A DNA stretch of 63,996 bases, counting the filler, from Globobulimina sp. (lineage: Eukaryota), in assembly GCA_003354225.1 (NCBI GenBank). It is 7 parts of 7 records of this genome, joined end to end, with 100 filler letters (N's around TTAATTAATTAA, not from the genome) between each part and the next. Parts side by side here need not be neighbours in the genome. Positions count along the whole stretch, not along the records: positions 55,491 to 63,996 come from PIVH01000080.1; 6 more parts are not named here. One strand, written 5' to 3'. The notes under the pieces were generated by a model, which ran no database searches, was not told the origin of the DNA, and saw only the letters and a list, made by a program, of their open reading frames with translations. Positions 57,415 through 63,996 of the stretch are shown here, piece by piece; the stretch's first letter is position 1, and each line of letters opens with the position of its first letter. Made by a program: the position numbers and the translations under genes.

Positions 57415-60400
57415 TTATTTACCCTTACCTTTATTTTTTGGTCTCTTTTGACGTTTTTTTGGTGGAATATTACTGTTAATGCTATTTGAAATAGATTTTG
57501 ATGATATTTGTGTTAAATGATTTGGATTTGATCTATTCCTTTTGTGGCCTGAGATTGATTTTTTATTGATTGAATGTTGTGTTTTTACTAAGGTCCTGAT
57601 ATTATTGGTATTATGTATTACAGGCTGATTAATTGGTGCTTGTTTATGATGATTAATGTTATATTTTTGCTGTACAAAATTAATAGATTCACCAATAGAT
57701 TTCATTATAGGTTTCATTGTATTTAAAGGTTGTGGGTAAAATTTATTTATATTGGTATCAATATTCGTATTCACATGATTTCTCATTGCGGAATAACTAT
57801 TCACTGTATCTGGTACTTTGGACATATCATTTACTGGCAATGGAATATTTGGCGTATTATTTACAATAAAATTGGCACTAAATGGATTGATTGAAGTGTT
57901 GTAATTATTTGGTACAGTTGACTGTGATCCCATTGCTTGAAATGAAGGGATTGTTGGAATTGTTGGAATTGTAGGAATCAATGGTATTGCTGTTGTTTGT
58001 GTTGTTGTTGGTATCTTATTATTTGTATTTGTGTTGGTATTATTGTTGCTATTAAAGGCAAACTGATTGAACATATTATCGACTGGCTTATTATTCATAT
58101 CTCGCTCCATCATTAAAATTCTTTGTTTGACTTTATTATTTCCCATAAACTGTTTATATCTTTGTTTAGATTGTTGATTATATTTAGTTTTTATTTTATA
58201 TCCTTTTTTTTGCAAATTTATCAAAGTTTCAATACGTGGAGGTTCAATTAAGTTGGTGACGGTATTAATTTTATCTACACATAAAGCATTTAATATTGAT
58301 TCACGTAATTTTAAAAGCTGACATTCCTCCCAAACAATCCAATTTTTATCAGTTTTGTAACTCTGTTTAAATGTTTTAATATCATTCAATTTTTTTGCAA
58401 TCAAACTCATATTTTGTTCTTTGCTAGATACTGATTGTGGAACTTTTACAACATGGTTTCTATTTGCATATGAATGGAAACTTTCGCCCGTATTGGCATT
58501 TCCGTATAAAGTTGGATTTGTATTCAAACGATTATTTAATTGTGTGATTAAAGTTTCATCGGATGTTTCTCGCATCCAACGTTTAGTGAACGCTGCAAAC
58601 GATACTAAAGGAATATTGCAATTATTGCCAAATTCATTCCAGTTACAACAAAAAAAGAAATAGATCGATATCCATTCACCAAATAGATGCTCTTTATTTT
58701 GCCACATTGGTTGTGATATTTTACGCTGTAATTTTTGGCATAATGTAACAAAAATGAATCGCGGAATTGATGGCAAAGGTATATTGAATGTTGTTTCATT
58801 TTCTTCATCAAATATTTGCAATGAATTTGCCATATAAAAACTTGGTAGCGCATGAAAAAAAATAAATGTTCCAATAAAATGAGTGGCAAAATATCCTAAA
58901 TTATCAATACAATGACTTAAAAGCTCGAATGTTTTATCACTAAAAATACAGTCAAATTCTGTCGCATCATATTGATATTTCATATCAACAGTTTTAGACA
59001 ATGCCCTAACAAACATTTTCAATTCTTTACGGACTTGAATATAATGTTTTTGCCACAGAGAAACCCAAAATAATTGCTTATATGCATATACATTCATAAT
59101 ATATGTATCATTTGCTATGATTAATTTACCTCGTTCACAACACAAATGTGTTTTACTCACGATTTTCATCAACAAAGCGCGATCACCATGTGCTGGTATT
59201 TCTCTCCAGCGTTTGGTTACATGCCAACCGCACTCACGTAATGTTATAATAATCTCAATCTCATTTGACAACATTAAGGTTTTTCGTAATTGGTGAATTT
59301 TGGGTTCAAGTCGCGAAGGCAAATTCTTATGAGTTGTTGTGTTATCAATACAGATAGAAAAAATGAATTTTTTAATGCCTTTAGTAATACTATGGGACAA
59401 TACTGTTTTATATACATCAATCAAAGATTCAATCATATATTCTCCGTTTTCGACTGGCACAAAGCGAGGATTATGAACGGATTTTCCGTTTTGATTAAGC
59501 ATTGTTAAAAAAACTCCGAAAATGTTTTCTTTTTCAGAACAAAGAGCAGATGCTTGTGAAAATGTACCATCAAGATTAACTAAAAATAAAAGCAAATCAT
59601 TCTCAATTTCAAGACCTTCAAGTAAGGCATCATCAAATGATTTTTTAATTTCTTTAGTCCAGTAAGTTGCATAACATCTTAAAACAAATGCTTTCAATGC
59701 GTTGCGTTGAGGAATTAACGATTTGAAAGCAGTACGTAAATCAGCTGCAGAAATAGATTGGAAAAATTCAAGTAATCGTATTCGTTGAGAGTCATTGTTG
59801 ATTTTTGTACATATTTTATCAATCAATAAACACCGATAAAATTTGGAAACTGCATGTTGTAAATCAAAAATACTCGTTCTTTTCATAAATGTTTCAATCA
59901 AATATTTTTCAAAACCTTTTGAAAATAATTGATTGCCACTCAAAACACTTGTAATTTTACAGGAACACAGAGTACGTTTTGAACAAATTGTTTCAGTATG
60001 CTTTTTATTTGAACAAATATATCTTTGTTTATTAAGCTGTAACAATGCAGTCGTACTGAAACCTACAGTATCTTTTTCAAAACCATTTTTACTGACATCA
60101 AAAACACACTCATCATGGCTGCAAGTTGGGTTTTTTAGTGTTAACAAGATTTTATCGCCGAGGAGGAACAGTATGACGTTTGTAATGGAACTGAACTTAT
60201 TTGTTGATTGAGGATTGGTTTGTAATAATGCGGCTAATTCCGTTTCAATTGGATTATTTATTGCTAATAATTGTTGATTTTTTATCGGAGATTTGTCGGA
60301 TTTTTTGTTTGTATTTAATACATAATACCATGGAGTCATGGAACATGTCAATAATAAGCCACTAATAAAACCATGAACCAATGCAATGTGTCTATAACTT

Positions 60401-62640
60401 GTTGCACCATTTTGTAATTTGGTTGGTTTTTTATGGACATTACATTTATTATCTTTATTTGAGACACAATAATGTCCCAAATTTTCGGCGCAAAATAAAT
60501 CACGAAAATGTTTGGTAGTAATATCTTTTACAGATTTGCTTTTTATTTTTGGTAATTTGTTAATTATGGCAGTTTTTAACACAGGAATTGCATTTATTAT
60601 TTCAACTAAAATAATTGTATATAATTTTAATATATTTTGCAATGGTTTTTGTATTTGAAATGCTTTTTTATTGGATTGGAAAGATAATTTCCATTGATTT
60701 GTATCATCAGACGATAAAAATGCACTTTTTGGGGGTTTTGATTCTTTAAAAACATTATAATATATACACCAACAAATTAAATTGTATTCAGTGTCAGATC
60801 CGATGATTTTGGTATTTTCAGAGTCATCAATGGAGAGTTTTAATTGATTCAATTTATCAATAATAACATCTTTATAATGTCCTGTAATTCAAACAGTTTT
60901 CATGGTTATTATTTGGGATTAAATATATTATAATATGTCACACCTGATTCAACAACAATTTTTCCATAATATTCGGAAATATTACAGCAAAGTGTTTGCA
61001 AATCCTTTTCAACACAATTTATTTCCTCATTATTAAATTTTAAGTCTGTATTATTATTATCACTTATTACTGGCATATTATCTATATATAAATTTGAGAT
61101 TATATTTAAAACAAACACTAAAATGTTTAGAATATACCTGCGGTTTTTATAAAATCAATAAATATGCTTAAATCCGCCAAATTAAGCCATGATAAATCTG
61201 AAAATGTGGGTAATATATCATATGTTGGTATTATTGCATTATTACTGGTTTTGAATTTTTTATTAATACAAATTGATAATATCGAATCCACCAATGATCG
61301 ACCGGTAACATGTGATCCTAAAACAAATAATAGATCCGGCTTTGTACTGAGTTTATCCATTGCAAATTGAATAAATTTTGTAGAAAATAAATATTTGCAA
61401 CTATTGGCCATTGCTTTAATTGATTTGCCAATATTTACAACAGTTGTCTCTGTACATTTTAGTCCATCCGGAACAATGGTAAATAATATGTTAACTCCTG
61501 TTAACATCACAAATACCGCTGCGACACGAATTAATTGATCAAACTCCGCAGTATTTATACCAAATGTATTTGCCTGTGTATTTTTTAAACGTTTTAATTT
61601 CAGAAATAATAACGTTTTTCAGAAATGTTTGTATTTTTATAATCTGAATTTTCAACACCAAACCACACAAAATAAAATCAGAAAAATATTGAGATAAGTC
61701 ACCTTAATTTTGTCTATCGCAGTCTGCACTAATTGCTCGCAACAAATGCTATCTGTGATTAAACGATAGAATTCTTTCATAACATCAGATAATTTAGTTT
61801 GTTGCTCCGAACAGTGACTAAGTTCATCTACTAAGTTTTCGAATGTCTTCATCATTTCTTTTGGCTGAAGACAATAATTGTAAGCAACAGCAAAACGGTC
61901 ATTATCGTATTGTTTGCTGATGTATTGACTGCAGCACGCTACGGATATTTTACATAAGTCTTGTACATTTGGGGCTGATTCGGAAATGCCACACAACGTC
62001 CAAATAATATCATGTTCGCGATGCGTTGATTTAATTTGAAATGATTTATGTGTATTCCAATAATCTGAATAAGTATATGGGAATTTCATGGATTAGTTTT
62101 GTGCATATCGACACAAAACAGATTAAGCAAATGTACTTAACCCCGTATATTATGGAGACATTCATCATTTATTTCAGTCTCAATGAATGTAATCGAATCT
62201 AATTTATTTGGATCTGATGATTTATTAATTAATGGAATATTATAATCACAAATATCAGTATCAGCAATTAATTTTGGTGGAAGTGAATTTGAATTATTTG
62301 TATTTGGGTCACCATATGTCTTTGCTTTATTTATTTGCGAATATGTATAGGTATTGGCACATTTGGTACCATTGGCATTATTTTGTGTATTTGGAATTGC
62401 TTTTTGTGGATTACAATTATATGAATATGTAGTTGTTGGTGGTAATGCAACCATTGTTTGTGTAATGTGTTTATGTGTATGTGCTGGTGGTGAATATCTA
62501 TTATTATTATCATGTGATTGCATAGTGATAGAATGAGAATCACTGTGTGAATTTGTGTTAGTGTTTGTGTTTGTATTTGTATTGGTATTTTGTATTTGGA
62601 TATCACAATCACTGTCACCAATGTCACTTTCTTCGCTTGC
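57415..62640 (-). mobile_element. Large multi-exon Mutator/MULE-like DDE transposase gene (main exon 57415 to about 60880; upstream exons tentative)
   Basis: VNLDGTF (D1), ICIDN (D2), ECGWH (CxxH), NANTGESFH (E) in MULE order; Cys/His clusters N-terminal; N/T/P-rich tail with NLS. Confidence 0.6.
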
Positions 62641-63509
62641 ATCAGAATCCGTGTAATAAACTAATTGTGGCGCTGTTCTTTGTGCCTATATATGTATGTT
62701 AATAGGTTGCGCTTTTCTTTGTGTCATGTGCGAGGATACTCATAGAAACGTTTCTGTGCACTCAGATTTTTTCTGAGCAGGTAACGTTTTTTCTGAGTAG
62801 CTCAGTAGTGTTATAAGCCCAGGAGGGCAGCACTTTGTTTACAAAGACATACAACAGGTTTACACAAAACATATAAAACTTGTGAATGATAAATATAAAA
62901 AAATACCGTTTCTGGTATGGATTTAGTTTCTGTCGTGTTACCACATGTTCCAAGTCTATGCCCAACCAATCCATCATCTTTTGCATGTACTTCTTGAGTT
63001 CTTGATGACATGATCATGTCGCAAATTACTTTTGTAGTTTTGCAAGCTATTAAAAAAACTGTGTAGATTCTTAGAGTTAAGGAAGACGATGGGACGGAGA
63101 TTAATAATTAAAACTATAAATAGGAACAATATCATAATTGGTTTAAATACAGCTGAACCAACACATATACGTATCATAGATAGTTGTTGGCAAATTATTA
63201 TACTGTGGCACATATACTTTTCCATTGTCCATTCAACATACATATGACTCAGAATTGCCACCAATCCATTTCTGAGTAACACAATAAATACTCAGTTATC
63301 ATTATCTCAGCTCAAAACACAATGAGTCATTTTATAAATAATGCTCAGAACTATTTATGATGTAAATAGCTGAGCTGAAAATGCAATGATGATCAACGCT
63401 GAGCGTACGTTCATGGAAATATGAATAAGTAATGATCTGCCTTCTCAGATCTCGCGAAAATATGACAGAATTGTTGTAATATTTATATACAACCACTACA
63501 TAATATAAT

Positions 63510-63848
63510 ATTGAAATTCTAGTGATATGAACGCCTTGTTACTATGTTCAAATATGAATTCTGCGTCTTACAATACAATACAAAAAAGTATTTGCTGTTA
63601 CTTGTCACTTGGAATGGAGTCAAATGTGCTGTTACTTGTAATCGTGTTTTTAAAACCTATATATAAGTGATATGCAAAAAACAAATGAAATAGCAATATA
63701 ATGTAGATTTGAGACTTGCATCCAAGGGATATGTGAATGTTTCTGCAACAACACTTGATAAACCACTCAATACAAACGTTGCAGCAAAGCTTATTTGTCG
63801 TTTTTGCGATGATTTGGGTGTGTCATGTGATATTGATGTCATGTTCAA
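63510..63848 (-). pseudogene. Mitochondrial carrier (SLC25) 5' fragment with a GC-AG intron (63657-63719)
   Basis: AETFTYPLD|VLKTRLQ restores the PxDxxKxR signature across GCAAGT..TATAG; similarity is lost shortly after. Confidence 0.7.
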
Positions 63849-63996
63849 TTATTTTCTGAAAACTTCCACTGCTAGCTATAAACCTAGAGATTCAGTCAAA
63901 ATGGCTTTTTGGAAACACAGAGTGGTTAAACAAATTGAAATCCTATGGGGATTTAAATGCAGTGCAAGGATAATGTATACAATTTAAAAAGAAAAG

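Noticed and set aside
62762-63282. Short minus-strand ORFs upstream of the MULE-like gene
   Set aside because: No recognisable domain; could be degenerate exons but cannot be supported.

Overview
This window is not one locus. It is seven unrelated contigs of about 9 kb (1-9195, 9296-18478, 18579-27757, 27858-37019, 37120-46275, 46376-55390, 55491-63996) joined by artificial 100-bp N44-TTAATTAATTAA-N44 linkers. The DNA is from an AT-rich eukaryote with short (mostly 50-75 bp) introns, and the gene families suggest a foraminiferan/rhizarian protist (inference). Host genes: CAP-Gly protein, acyltransferase-3, FN3-SPRY protein, retinol saturase-like oxidoreductase, GPCR-PIP5K, M1 aminopeptidase, TLC protein, Kelch protein, F-box/LRR protein, Tudor-LRR-SDR fusion, PH-Hint(Vint) protein, tRNA-Thr(CGT). 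Mobile DNA: a full-length-looking APE/RT/RNase H LINE, three intron-containing DDE transposase-like genes (CACTA/Plavaka-like, RAG1/Transib-like, MULE-like), a MITE-like hairpin and several repeats. Two leads stand out. One is an unannotated, about 480-nt, heavily base-paired non-coding island with a probable pseudoknot, just upstream of the CACTA/Plavaka-like transposase (20858-21342). The other is a divergent RAG1/Transib-like transposase with an H3-tail-like N-terminus, arranged head-to-head with an Sgf29-type Tudor gene across a tRNA. All family calls come from motif recognition by eye; no searches were run.
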